A model generated the notes under the pieces. That model was given only the letters and a program-made list of their open reading frames with translations, was not told the origin of the DNA and ran no database searches. Shown here piece after piece: positions 37,301 to 47,791 of a stretch of DNA of 64,000 nucleotides; the stretch's first letter is position 1, and the number at the start of each line of letters is the position of its first letter. The translations under genes and the position numbers were made by a program. The DNA is from Planctomycetota bacterium. GTDB lineage: Bacteria; Planctomycetota; SZUA-567; H5-PLA8. The stretch is from NCBI GenBank assembly GCA_038227875.1, contig JBBRPR010000032.1, positions 31,428-95,427 of the forward strand, given 5' to 3'.

Positions 37301-39667
37301 TTAATGCGTCGGCGGATTCAGCTCGATCAGGAACTTCGCGATCGTCTTCCGCCAGTCGTCGACGTGCGTCCGTGCTTCGTCCTGAATGCCCATGCCCACC
37401 GCCGGTCCATCGTTGGCGGAAGCCAGGCCCTTCACGTCCGGAAACTGCGGCATCGCGCGTTCCAGGGCGTTCAAGAAAGCGCGCGCGTCGGCGGCGACTT
37501 TCGTGTTCTTGCTCGCCGCGTCCGACTTCAGCGCCTCTTCCAGCGTGTAGATATACGTGTAGTCGGTGATGCCTTCGGCCATGCTGAAAAAACGCGAGAC
37601 GAACAGCAGCCCGCCCTTGTACTTGGAGTACGGCGCGAGACTCGTGGCGCTGCTCAGCGAGGTGAACGGGTTGTACCAATCGCGGCCGGGATAGCCGCCG
37701 ACGGCATCGTCCTCCGGCCAGCCAAAGTGCCACTCGAATTTCCCCGACGATTTCGAACGCCAGTTGTAGAAGCCCCACGAATACCGATCCTGCCCGCAGT
37801 TGTACAACCAGAGCGTCTTCTTCTTCTCGATCGTCTGGTTCATGAACTTCTCGGAATTCTTCCAACCGTGCGTCGAGAGCACGTCGACGTGGTCGATCAG
37901 CGGCGTGTAATCCTTGCCGTGCGTGGTGTCGTACATGGGATTGCAGCAGCACGTCAGCTTCGCATCGCGGATCATGTCGCAATAGACCAGCGTGTCGGCG
38001 AGGTTGCGGTTCCACGAATTGATTGCGCGCTCGCGTGGTTCGTCCACCGCTGTGACCACGACGGGAACTTTCGTCTTCTCGAGAAAATCGTGGTACTGGC
38101 GGAGCATCGACGTGAAATATTTCTTGAAGTCCGGCTGGCGCAGTTCGATGCCGGGATTTTTGTACACGCCCGCGCTGCCCGGAAGTATGCTCCCCAATTT
38201 GCGCCCCGGCCCGGCCATGATGTTCGCGAGCAACAGTCCTTGCTCCGGCCGCCGCGCCATGCCGGTCTCTTTCGCCAGTTCGTACGGCTCCGGATCGATC
38301 TCGACGACCGCCTCGTCGCCGCTGACGGATTTGATCTGCGGCGCTTCGATCTCGAACGACGTGAAGCCGATTTCGCGCATCCACTCCAGGCGGTCCTTGA
38401 AGACCTTGCGCTTCACTTCCTTGGTCAGAAATGGCGGAAAGTATCCCGTCCCCCACATTCCGTACGCGACGGGAACGTTGCTTTGCAATTTGAACGGATA
38501 CACGTCGAGCTCGACCGGCACATCGACCGCCGCGCCCTTTTCCGGCTTGAAGGAAAACGTCCCTTTATAGAGCCCTGCCTTCGCGTCTTCGGGGAGATGC
38601 AGCCACAGCCAGAACGTCTGCGTCAGTCCCGCTTCGACGTTTAGTTTCAGCGACGGCACCAGCGACAGCTCATCGACGCCCGTGCCTTCTCCGCCGCCGC
38701 GGTAGCGCCAGTTCTTGAAGTAGCCACTGATCGCCGCCGCCGGAATCGTTCCCGGGCCTTTCAAATCGTTGAGCACCAGCGACGACGCACCGCACTCCAC
38801 AAACGGCACGACCGCCAGCACGATCGCGACGCGCTGTCCCGGTGCGCCGGAGTAGTTCAGCGTCGTGCGCTTGCGCTCGTCGTCGCTCGGAACGCTCCAC
38901 GGCTGCACGCCCGCCGGATCCAGCGGCGCGTAGACCAGCACATCGCCGTCGCCGGGCTTCTTCTCGGGCGGCTTGGGGCGCGTGTCCTTCAGCGTTTTCT
39001 CGAACAGTTCCAGCCGCTTGTCGTGAATCGCCGTCAGCAGCGCGTCGAAGTCTGCCTTCTTCTCCGCTGGCACCGCGATCATGGCGCTCAGGAAGTGGTT
39101 CGCCGCACTCAGTGACAACATTCCGTCCGTGACCGTGACGGTCTGTACCGACGACGGGTACATTTTGTCGATGTAGTTCTCCCACAGCGCGTGCGGTTTG
39201 TTTGAATACTGAGTGAACAGAAACCGGCAGAGGTACTTTTCGCCGAGCAGCGCGTCGTCGTTCGGTGTCTCATCGCACAGCGCCGTGCCGTTGAGTTTCA
39301 ACAAATAGTGCCGACTCTGTAAATCCGCGCGGATCAGTTTCCCCGCGCAGAGCCAAACGAGGTACGTGCCATTGGGCACCTTCGCGTGGAATTCGATCTC
39401 CTTGTTGTTCCCATACACAAACGTCCCGCTGAGCGGATCGGGCCACTGCCCGCCGCCCTGCACGAGCCCCTCGCCGGACGTGAAGCCAAACCCGTTCTTC
39501 TCATTGAAAACCGTCTGAGACGTGACCGTGTTGAGCCCGGGAATGATCAAGTTTCCGAAGTTGAACCCCGCGCCGCCCTCCGGCAGCGACATTTTCCACT
39601 CCGCGTGCGCCGCCCCCGAGCCAGCCAGCCCCGCGACGAGTACCAGAGCAGCAATGAAGTTCTTCAT
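37301..39667 (-). CDS. Secreted putative glycoside hydrolase-like protein
   Basis: Signal peptide; FWLWLHLPEDAKAGLYKG, VDEP, LWLYN..RYSWGFY.W, EGITDY pattern seen in GH123/DUF4091-like proteins. Confidence 0.6.
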   Translation of the reverse strand: MKNFIAALVLVAGLAGSGAAHAEWKMSLPEGGAGFNFGNLIIPGLNTVTSQTVFNEKNGFGFTSGEGLVQGGGQWPDPLSGTFVYGNNKEIEFHAKVPNGTYLVWLCAGKLIRADLQSRHYLLKLNGTALCDETPNDDALLGEKYLCRFLFTQYSNKPHALWENYIDKMYPSSVQTVTVTDGMLSLSAANHFLSAMIAVPAEKKADFDALLTAIHDKRLELFEKTLKDTRPKPPEKKPGDGDVLVYAPLDPAGVQPWSVPSDDERKRTTLNYSGAPGQRVAIVLAVVPFVECGASSLVLNDLKGPGTIPAAAISGYFKNWRYRGGGEGTGVDELSLVPSLKLNVEAGLTQTFWLWLHLPEDAKAGLYKGTFSFKPEKGAAVDVPVELDVYPFKLQSNVPVAYGMWGTGYFPPFLTKEVKRKVFKDRLEWMREIGFTSFEIEAPQIKSVSGDEAVVEIDPEPYELAKETGMARRPEQGLLLANIMAGPGRKLGSILPGSAGVYKNPGIELRQPDFKKYFTSMLRQYHDFLEKTKVPVVVTAVDEPRERAINSWNRNLADTLVYCDMIRDAKLTCCCNPMYDTTHGKDYTPLIDHVDVLSTHGWKNSEKFMNQTIEKKKTLWLYNCGQDRYSWGFYNWRSKSSGKFEWHFGWPEDDAVGGYPGRDWYNPFTSLSSATSLAPYSKYKGGLLFVSRFFSMAEGITDYTYIYTLEEALKSDAASKNTKVAADARAFLNALERAMPQFPDVKGLASANDGPAVGMGIQDEARTHVDDWRKTIAKFLIELNPPTH

Positions 39668-39788
39668 GAGCAGACCTCGCAGAATAGGGTGGGGCACCGT
39701 CGCCTACTTCCGGTACACCGAAGGTTCGAACGGGCGGGGTTGCAATATTGGTCAGTGGCAAAGATTGAAAGCGAACGATCGCATGAAA

Positions 39789-40278
39789 TTAAACGTCGTC
39801 CACGGGCAGGCGGCCAAAGGTCCAATTTGAATAGTGCTCAAGGTCGTTCACCTTGCATGCGGCCCGGATGAAGAACCAGCGCTGCTCTCGTAGAATCGAA
39901 ATAACATCACCGTGTTTGGGTAGCAAGTCTGGTGGAACATTCGTAATCGAGGCGTCCATTTTGAATACATCCGCAGAACGTACATTTGGATTTGAGGCGG
40001 CATTCCTCGCTATTTCCGCGGCCCAGATCAGCGCCTCATTTTTGTCGACAACTCGAGATCATCACTCGATCAACGAACCAAATTAAGAGCAGAAAAAAGA
40101 GATACGCCAGCAGTGAATACACCTTTAAGACCATCAGGGTCATGTAGCCGCCAAACAACAGGCAGTATGTAAGTCCGTGCACCCGCCGAAAGACGGCTAG
40201 CAGGTCTGCCTTGCATTCCGGACATTCGTAGACCCGGGCAAATCGGTGTCGAAAATTCCAGCAGTGCAAATGCCCCAA
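39789..40278 (-). pseudogene. Possible frameshifted lower-GC membrane-protein gene
   Basis: An 80-aa frame (CPEC plus TM helices) overlaps near 40040-40060 a second open frame (RVVDKNEALIW...LPVDDV*) that has no start codon at its beginning. Confidence 0.3.
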
Positions 40279-40306
40279 ATGTTACATCCGAACCAGCATC
40301 CCATCA

Positions 40307-42934
40307 TCATTTGATCGCGCACGCCGCTTCGCATTTCCACGTCTTGTCGGCGCGCAGGACGCGCTTGTTGTAGGTGTCGTTCACGTAGATGTACTTGTCG
40401 CTGGAACCCGCGCCACTAGGCCAGGCGAGCGGGAATTCGGGAAAGCCGATCACCGGCTTGCCCGATTTTGCGGTGTCGCCCGGCGAGCCCGCGCCAGCAG
40501 GTCCCGCGCCGCTGACGTACTGCGAATCGAAATTTCCGTACGCTCCAAATTCCAGCATCTTGTTTCCTGCGTTGTCGATCATCGTTGCCGAACAGGTCGT
40601 CACGTTGGTGTAGACAATGCGCCCGTAACGGTCGACGCCGAAGCGCGGCACGCGGCAGACACAGCAGCTGGAATTTCCGCCGTACCCGCCGCCGCTGAAC
40701 GGCGCGACTCCGGGATAGACATTCAGCGCGCCCACCACTGTCAGGTTGCCGCCGCAGACAGTCTTCGTGCCTTCGGCATTCGCCGGATCGTCAGCGGCCA
40801 CCGCGCCGAGCACCGTGCCGCCCGACGGCGGAAATTTGACGATGCTGCCCGTCCACGTGTTGTAAGCCGGATCCTTTTCAAAGCCGGCCTCCGGAGTAAA
40901 CGTCTTCGGCTGCACCAGCATTCCCACATAGATGTTGCCGCTGGCGTCGACGGCAATGCCGCCGCTCGACGCGGGAATCGGGCCGACGACCGCGGAGGTC
41001 ACCCAGCGGTCCGCCGAAAGTTTGCCGGCCCATGACGCGGGCTCGGGCTTCTTCATCTTGCCGTCGAGGTACTTGCCTTTGATCGCTTTGCCGTCGCCGC
41101 CGAATCCGGCGACGAAGTACTTGTTCCAGTCGTACATGTAGCTGACGTAGCATTCGCCGTTGGGTCCGGCGCCCAGACCCTTGTCACAGAAGCCAATGCC
41201 CATGCGGCTGTAAATTTCCCACAGGCGGTTGGTGCCCGTGGCGAAGGGCAGCGGTTCCAGTTCGCGCGTGAAGCGTTCCAGCGGGCCGACGTGACTTTCG
41301 CCGGTCCGGATGTACAGCGAGTCGTCGTAGCCGATCGCCATGTCGACGCCGTAGAACGGCTTGCCATTTTTCTTCAGCAGTCCGCCCTGCCCCGTTTTGC
41401 CGTCGTAGCGGTAGAGACATTTATGAGCGTTGTTCGTGTAGACCTCGTCGTGCACGGAGTCCACAAAGATGCGTCCAAAGTCGAGTTGCGCATCGGGGGC
41501 GGGCTTGAACGCCGACTCGATCAGCGCGAGCTTCGCGCCGTCGTCCTTCACGCAGAGCAGTGTCGTTCCCGCGCCGATCCAGAGCACCGGCGCTTCGCCC
41601 ATGTGGCCCAGGCACGTTCCGAAACCGGCGCGGTTCACGTTCATCGTCAGCGGCAGCTCGGTCGCAATTTTGGCGTCGGCGCCGCGGCCGACAATCTTCA
41701 GCAACTTGATTGGAGAACCTTCGTTGGGCAGCGGCGTCACGCGGCTGAAGACGTAGTAGTTGCCTGTCTTCTGATCGACCTGGACCTGCTCGGGCCAGGG
41801 GACCTTGGTGGCGCTGACTTTCTTCCCGTCGGCATCGACTTCCACGATCTCCTGATTGACCAGGTCGCAGATGTACACGTGGCCCTTGGCATCGGTCACG
41901 ATGTGGTAGGCGGCGGTGCGGCAATTCCAGGCATTGGGCAGCCAGAACTTGGTCTTCTCCCAATCGGGAAGTTCAAGGTCGTAGAACTTCACCGGATCGC
42001 TGCCGGGCTTCGACGTGTCCTGGCGGTAGACGCGGCCCTGTGGCCACGCCGGGTTGGTGTCGGAGAACTTCTTCGGTTCGTACTGAGTGCCCGCCACGTT
42101 GGAATAGTAGATGTACTTTCCATCGGGCGAGACGGCCAGCTGCGGCTTGTTCCATCCCGCGTTGACCAGCTTGGCCCCCGGCGACCACATCGCGTTGGGT
42201 CCCTTCAGGTTGCTGCCATCGAGGTCCATGTGCCAGAGGGTCGTCTCGGCGGTCATCACCAGCCCCGTCTGTTTCGACGCGCTGACCAGCCGGATGTTGC
42301 CGGGGAACGGATAGAGCGTCGGGTTGCCAGACGAGTAGTTCTTGGGACTGAAGGTCTTCGTCGCGGCGTTCCACGTGGCCAGCCCGCTGATCGATTCAGG
42401 CTTCAGGTCCGCCGCGAACGGGATCAGCGTGCGCAGGTATTTCCCTTCCGGATTGAAGACGCGCAGGATCTGCGCCGACTGGTAGCACTCACTCGAGGAC
42501 GCCGTGATATACAGATTTCCGTCCTGGTCTGTGGTGATCGAATCGATCGCGCCGAAGGTGTATGGGTCCTCGCCGATCATGCGCCCGAATTTGACACCGA
42601 TCCCCGCGCACGCGCGAACCTTGAACGGACCGCCGTCCACGGCCTTGCCGAAATCGTCCTTGCCGTCCCACGTCAGCGACTGTGAGAGGCCCGGCTTGAG
42701 CGGCTCCGGCGGCGGCTTCTCGCCACCCAGCACGCCCGCGGCGAGATGGCGCACGACCTCGCCTTTGGCGTTGAGCACCGACACTTCAACGTCTGTCTTC
42801 GCCGACACAGCGAACGTGATGACCGTTCCGTCCTTGGTCTTCGCGGCCGACAACGGCGCAGCAAAGTTCACGTCCGAACACAAACCGCTCCCCGCCGTGA
42901 CCAGGGTGAGAATGGAGAGAACCAGAATGCGCAT
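40307..42934 (-). CDS. Large secreted protein: FlgD-Ig-like N-terminal module plus NHL/beta-propeller repeats
   Basis: AAGGAG RBS, signal peptide, VVRHLAAGVLG..LTWDGKDDFGK, D..G..YV repeats. Confidence 0.75.
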   Translation of the reverse strand: MRILVLSILTLVTAGSGLCSDVNFAAPLSAAKTKDGTVITFAVSAKTDVEVSVLNAKGEVVRHLAAGVLGGEKPPPEPLKPGLSQSLTWDGKDDFGKAVDGGPFKVRACAGIGVKFGRMIGEDPYTFGAIDSITTDQDGNLYITASSSECYQSAQILRVFNPEGKYLRTLIPFAADLKPESISGLATWNAATKTFSPKNYSSGNPTLYPFPGNIRLVSASKQTGLVMTAETTLWHMDLDGSNLKGPNAMWSPGAKLVNAGWNKPQLAVSPDGKYIYYSNVAGTQYEPKKFSDTNPAWPQGRVYRQDTSKPGSDPVKFYDLELPDWEKTKFWLPNAWNCRTAAYHIVTDAKGHVYICDLVNQEIVEVDADGKKVSATKVPWPEQVQVDQKTGNYYVFSRVTPLPNEGSPIKLLKIVGRGADAKIATELPLTMNVNRAGFGTCLGHMGEAPVLWIGAGTTLLCVKDDGAKLALIESAFKPAPDAQLDFGRIFVDSVHDEVYTNNAHKCLYRYDGKTGQGGLLKKNGKPFYGVDMAIGYDDSLYIRTGESHVGPLERFTRELEPLPFATGTNRLWEIYSRMGIGFCDKGLGAGPNGECYVSYMYDWNKYFVAGFGGDGKAIKGKYLDGKMKKPEPASWAGKLSADRWVTSAVVGPIPASSGGIAVDASGNIYVGMLVQPKTFTPEAGFEKDPAYNTWTGSIVKFPPSGGTVLGAVAADDPANAEGTKTVCGGNLTVVGALNVYPGVAPFSGGGYGGNSSCCVCRVPRFGVDRYGRIVYTNVTTCSATMIDNAGNKMLEFGAYGNFDSQYVSGAGPAGAGSPGDTAKSGKPVIGFPEFPLAWPSGAGSSDKYIYVNDTYNKRVLRADKTWKCEAACAIK

Positions 42935-43031
42935 GAACAGTGCTCCTTTAATTTGTGCAGGCCGCGCGAAACCATTCACGACTGCGCACGCTAAATATTC
43001 GACATTCGACTTTCGTCGCTCGACATTCCAC

Positions 43032-45887
43032 TCATTTCGCCAGCGGCACGATCTCCTGCGCGTGGTAATTCAGCTTCACGCTCAAGATCCGCGCGTTGCC
43101 GGCGTCGGCGATGAAGACGCGATGGTCGGTGTCCGAGCTTACGTAACAGGCGTAGTGCAGCGCCGTCTCATCGCCGCCAATGGAGTGCGTATTCTGCGGA
43201 CCGCCGTCGGGAATCAGTGGCTTGCCGTCGTCGACGTTGCCATACGTGCCGATGCGCAGAATCAGATTGCCGCCGCCGTCCACGATCGCCACGCTGTCGT
43301 GCAGAGGCTCGGGGGCGATCGAGCGGTTGAAGTAGTCCTTCGAAAAACGGCTGTTCCAGCAGATGCAGCCGCCCGCGCCCGGCGCGCCGTAGCCGACGCC
43401 GCCGAACAGCCAGTCGGCGTTCTCGACCCAGCCGGTCACGCCGCCGGAATGCTCCGCCAGATCCATCGACCGCGTCGGCTGCGCCTCCGACGGCAACGGC
43501 ACGGGGATCGATCCCGATCCGCCCGCGTTGCCGCCGGAGCTGATCACTTTCACCTTGCCCGGCTGCGCTTTCACCAGCGTGCAGGAGGCATCATTCTCGA
43601 GCTTGGGATCGCTGTTCTTGCCGTTAATGATGCGCCGGGACGTGGTCATCATGTAGAGGTTGTCGTCCTGGTCGATGCCGATGCCGTCGAGATGCGTCAT
43701 GCCCGGCACTGCGTCGGAGATCACCAGCTTGCCGTGCTTGTCGAAGATGTGAATTTCGCCCCAGCGCATGCGGCCAGGGTAGACGGCCGGTGTGTACGGC
43801 TTGCCTTCGTATTTGAAATGCGCTTCGCCGCGCTTCCAGACATCGGCGCCGCCCAGTCCCGCGCCATTGCAGGTGGTGATCACCAGATGACCCTTGACCG
43901 ACACATCCATGCCGCCCAGCTGCCAGAAATTGAACGAGCGATGCCCTGGCGTCGGCAATCCGGACGTCAAATTGTAACCCGTGGCGCCCATGCCGAAGCT
44001 GTGGTTGTCACGCTCCTCGCCGTAGTCCCACGGGATTTCCCGCCATGTGGTCGGATCGAAGCGCCCCACCATGGTGTCGGTGCGCAGATAGATCATCCCG
44101 GCTTTGTCGAAGCACAAATCCTCGGCGCCCATTGGCAGATCGACCAGCGCGATCTTGCCAGTCTCGGGCGTGATCTCGACGAGCTGGTTGACCGACTTCA
44201 TCACGCCGGAATCGCCTTCAGCGACGTAGACCTTTCCGTTGACCGGATTGGTGATCAGGCGCTGCCGCCAGAGAATCGGCGGCGTCAGCCGTGTGACCGA
44301 TTTGATCGCCTCTTCAGCAAAATTGAATTTGGGAACCAGCTTCCCGCCGTCTTCTTCATATCCCACCACGCAACCCGCTTCGAATTCGCGCGTCGGATTG
44401 TCGGTGCTGCCGTCGTCGTGACCGCCCGCGGCGCCCACGCTGCCGTTGATCGTCCAGATCGTCGGCTTCTCGGTCCACGAATCCAGATCGACGCGGAACT
44501 GATAACCGCCGGGAACATTCCAAGAGGTTGTCTTGGAGCACTTCGGCAGCGGCAGCGGGCACTTCAGCTTCACGGCCGGATTGTCGAAAGGCCCAAGATG
44601 AGTCATGGTCGGTTCAACGTCCGGTTGCGGTTCGCCGTACCGTTGCTCGATCATCATCCAGGAGAAGACGTAGATGTCGCCGGTCTTCTGATGAATCGAG
44701 ACGCTCACCGGTCGCGAAACGGGAATCGACTTCGCCAGCTTGCCGTCCTCTCCGAACACCTGAACGCGGTCGTTGAGGTAATCGGTGACGTACACGCGGC
44801 CCGACGGATCGCACGCCACGGACGTCGCCATCCGGAATTTGCCGGCTTCAGTGGTATTGTTGGGGTTGTCCTGCTTGAGTTCCCCTGCGAACAGCGTCGG
44901 CGCTTCGCTGCCGTCAAACGGCATGCGCATCACGCCGTTCATGCGCAGATGCGGTGCCCAGCCTCCGTTGGCGTGGTAGCCGCAAAGGTAGAGCCACTTG
45001 CCATCCGCGCTGATGGCAGTGCTCAGCGGCGAGAGAAACTTGGTCTCCGCTCCGGCGATCGGAATGCCGACTTGCGGACCGGTAAACGGCAATCCGCCGC
45101 TGGAACCATCCGACGACAAACGGTTGAGCTTGATGTCAGTCAGCGCCACGCGCCCGTTGGCGGCGGCGATGGCAGTGATTCCGCCTTCGTCGTAATTGCC
45201 GCTCTTACAGGTCAGCAACGTGGCCTGCGTGTAACCGCGCTTCAGCGGCAATGTCTTTCCATCTTGAATGAACGTATGCGTCTGCAGTCCCTGCACCGCG
45301 CTGATCTTGTCGGCCGGAAACGGATAGACGGTGCGGACGTACTGCCCCTTGTGGTCGAAGAGCCGGACCTGATCAACTTCGCAGCTTTCGGCGACGTAGA
45401 GTCCCTCCGGCGCCACACGCAGCACCGGACACGAGAACCCCAACCGCTTCTTCGGCGACCAGAACAGCGTGCGCTCAAACTGCGGCTTTAGTCCCAGCGA
45501 GACGCGGACGTTGTACTCCGCGCGGTTCTTGAGGTACTCGCCCTGATCGTCTTTGCCGTCCCAAATCAGTTCCTGCTTCAATTGATTTTTCTGAAACGGT
45601 GCCGGCGCATTCGCTCCCAGAACGCCGCTGGCCAGATGCCGGACAATGTTGGACTTGGCATCTTCAATCGCCACCGTGGCATCGCAGAACGCTTTCGATT
45701 CGAACGTGATCCGCGTTTCCGTTTCAGTGCCGGTCACCACTGGTTTCTGGACGAACTCGAAGACCTCCTGCCGCTTGACCGACATCTCATTGGCAGCGTC
45801 TGCAGCCATCAATGAACTCAGCGGCAGCACCAACGCGACCCTGATCAAGTGGGACCACCGGATTCGTCTGCGCATGGTTGGAGTCAT
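43032..45887 (-). CDS. Large secreted protein, paralog of 40307-42934
   Basis: IVRHLASGVLG..LIWDGKDDQG; NHL-like GKFRMATSVACDPSGRVYVTDYLNDRVQVF. Start uncertain (45887 or 45875). Confidence 0.75.
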   Translation of the reverse strand: MTPTMRRRIRWSHLIRVALVLPLSSLMAADAANEMSVKRQEVFEFVQKPVVTGTETETRITFESKAFCDATVAIEDAKSNIVRHLASGVLGANAPAPFQKNQLKQELIWDGKDDQGEYLKNRAEYNVRVSLGLKPQFERTLFWSPKKRLGFSCPVLRVAPEGLYVAESCEVDQVRLFDHKGQYVRTVYPFPADKISAVQGLQTHTFIQDGKTLPLKRGYTQATLLTCKSGNYDEGGITAIAAANGRVALTDIKLNRLSSDGSSGGLPFTGPQVGIPIAGAETKFLSPLSTAISADGKWLYLCGYHANGGWAPHLRMNGVMRMPFDGSEAPTLFAGELKQDNPNNTTEAGKFRMATSVACDPSGRVYVTDYLNDRVQVFGEDGKLAKSIPVSRPVSVSIHQKTGDIYVFSWMMIEQRYGEPQPDVEPTMTHLGPFDNPAVKLKCPLPLPKCSKTTSWNVPGGYQFRVDLDSWTEKPTIWTINGSVGAAGGHDDGSTDNPTREFEAGCVVGYEEDGGKLVPKFNFAEEAIKSVTRLTPPILWRQRLITNPVNGKVYVAEGDSGVMKSVNQLVEITPETGKIALVDLPMGAEDLCFDKAGMIYLRTDTMVGRFDPTTWREIPWDYGEERDNHSFGMGATGYNLTSGLPTPGHRSFNFWQLGGMDVSVKGHLVITTCNGAGLGGADVWKRGEAHFKYEGKPYTPAVYPGRMRWGEIHIFDKHGKLVISDAVPGMTHLDGIGIDQDDNLYMMTTSRRIINGKNSDPKLENDASCTLVKAQPGKVKVISSGGNAGGSGSIPVPLPSEAQPTRSMDLAEHSGGVTGWVENADWLFGGVGYGAPGAGGCICWNSRFSKDYFNRSIAPEPLHDSVAIVDGGGNLILRIGTYGNVDDGKPLIPDGGPQNTHSIGGDETALHYACYVSSDTDHRVFIADAGNARILSVKLNYHAQEIVPLAK

Positions 45888-46014
45888 CCGAAAGAGAATC
45901 TGAGTTACTTGTGTTCTACTTCTGATTATACACCGAACCGGTCCCAATTTGTTACTGAATTTAGAGTAAGAATTTGTCTTTCCTTTTTCCCTCGAACGCG
46001 CTAAAAGAGAACAC

Positions 46015-47166
46015 ATGAACACAGCAAATGAAACAGAGAGATATCACGCTAGATCAGAGACATTCGCCGAGCGTCTGCGTCAGGAGATCGCCGCCGGGAA
46101 GTATCCGACCGATCGTTTTCTCCCTTCTGTGCGGCAGATCAGCCACGATCAAAACCTCGCGCCACAGACCATTCTCAGAGCATTGAAGCAGCTGGAAAGC
46201 GAAGGTCTGATTGCCGCCAAGCCCCGACAGGGTTTTCGCGTGCTCATGCAGAACTCCAGCAACCGGACCAACTTTGCCGGCGTGCCGCAGCGCTCCAACC
46301 AGCCCAACCTGACCGGTCCGTTGGCGTACATCGTCAAGGTCGAGGCTTCCGGTGAATGGTCGCGCCGCCAGCAGATCATCCTCGAGACGCTTCAAGCCTG
46401 CGCCGCGAAGCGCGGCTGGTCGGTGCTTGGCGTTCCCGCCAACAACCAGTCACCCAGCGTCGTCGCCGAACAACTGCAGCGCGCGCACGCATTCGGCGCG
46501 GTGCTCGATTCGTTCGATCTGTTGTACGTCGCCGAAATCCGGCGGGCTGGAATTCCCGCCATCCTCTTCGACGTCTGGACGGAGTACCTGGATTCCGATT
46601 CGATCTCCCGCGACGAATTCCACGGCGGTCATCTGGCCGCGGAGTACCTGATCCAGCGCGGCCACCGAGAAATCCACTGGTTCGGCGCGCTCAAGCAAAA
46701 TCCCAACGCCGCCACGCGCTTCGGCGGTGCGATCGCCGCGATGATCTCAGCCGGTCTTGAATTCCCCGTCGCGCGTCCGGTACACGTCGACAGTGAAAAC
46801 GGCGCGCAGCACGCGCACGAACTGCTTGACCGCCTCGCGCGAATGAATGGGCCGGTGGCCGTGCTCGCGTTGTGGCGGGACCTGGCCGTGATGCTCGCCC
46901 GCGCCGCGCGCGAACGCGGCATGGTGCTGGGACGCGATCTGGATCTGGTCGGTTGGTGCATGGAAGAGGAACTGGCATCCGGCTACGAAGCGCTCTGTCC
47001 CGACATTCTCGCCCAGAGCGCGACGGTCGTCTGGGGCGCGCGTCCCGTGATCGAAGCCGCGTTGGACCGCCTGCACGCCCGCCGCGATCCCGCCGTCTTC
47101 CACCCCATCCGCATCCAGCTTCCGATGAGCATCCGCCCGCCGGGCAAGCTGGCGCTGCATTCTTAA
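46015..47166 (+). CDS. GntR-HTH regulator with LacI-type ligand-binding domain
   Basis: LRQEIAAGKY..FLPSVRQI..TILRALKQLESEGLI; D.FHGGHLAAEYLIQRGHREI. Confidence 0.9.
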   Translation: MNTANETERYHARSETFAERLRQEIAAGKYPTDRFLPSVRQISHDQNLAPQTILRALKQLESEGLIAAKPRQGFRVLMQNSSNRTNFAGVPQRSNQPNLTGPLAYIVKVEASGEWSRRQQIILETLQACAAKRGWSVLGVPANNQSPSVVAEQLQRAHAFGAVLDSFDLLYVAEIRRAGIPAILFDVWTEYLDSDSISRDEFHGGHLAAEYLIQRGHREIHWFGALKQNPNAATRFGGAIAAMISAGLEFPVARPVHVDSENGAQHAHELLDRLARMNGPVAVLALWRDLAVMLARAARERGMVLGRDLDLVGWCMEEELASGYEALCPDILAQSATVVWGARPVIEAALDRLHARRDPAVFHPIRIQLPMSIRPPGKLALHS

Positions 47167-47233
47167 ACACACTCGTGCAGCAATATCCGCGGCGCGCCAA
47201 CGAATTTGGGAATACCGAATCGCCATAAAACGC

Positions 47234-47264
47234 AACATCGCCGCGCGGGTTCAGCGGCGATGTT
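47234..47264. terminator. Hairpin between convergent genes
   Basis: aacatcgccgc ... gcggcgatgtt. Confidence 0.55.
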
Positions 47265-47285
47265 ACATGTGCAAATCGGAAACGA

Positions 47286-47558
47286 TCAATCGACTTTCTT
47301 GTGCCCGCCAGAATTGAAATCGGCGGCGCGATACTTCACCTTCTTGGGCGCGCCGGCGGTCGCCGGATTCTGTTGGGCCTCTTCCTCACACAACTTACGG
47401 TATGCGGCGAGGCGCGCTTCCTTCACTTCGTCGGTCTCCGCGGGCTTCGCGGCCTGCACCGGTATGGGCGCCTCGTCCTTTTTCGGACTGCGCTTGAAAA
47501 TCTGCGTCACCACTTCGGTCAGACTTTTCTTACCCGGGTTTGGAGCGGCTTCTGGCAT
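47286..47558 (-). CDS. Small hypothetical protein
   Basis: 90 aa from MPEAAPNPG after AGGGGG; GC3-rich codons. Confidence 0.55.
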   Translation of the reverse strand: MPEAAPNPGKKSLTEVVTQIFKRSPKKDEAPIPVQAAKPAETDEVKEARLAAYRKLCEEEAQQNPATAGAPKKVKYRAADFNSGGHKKVD

Positions 47559-47791
47559 GATTCCCCCTATAAGGCTGCGGGCCGGTGTCGCAAAAATCTC
47601 CAGCAAAATGCGATGGGATACTCTTGCGCAAAAGGCAAGCCGGGTGGCATATATTTGAAGATCAGAATTTTTTTCCCGGAGGTGGGAATGCTCACTGGGC
47701 CGCACAGAAAATGCTGGAGGTGAGACACCTTCGACGCCGATCGAGTCGGGTCGAAAGCAACAAACCAAAATCTCAATATGCGGGCACTACA

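Noticed and set aside
37116..38456. 447-aa N-terminal extension of the kinase ORF
   Set aside because: Overlaps the 37301-39667 gene in another frame; Arg-rich shadow translation.
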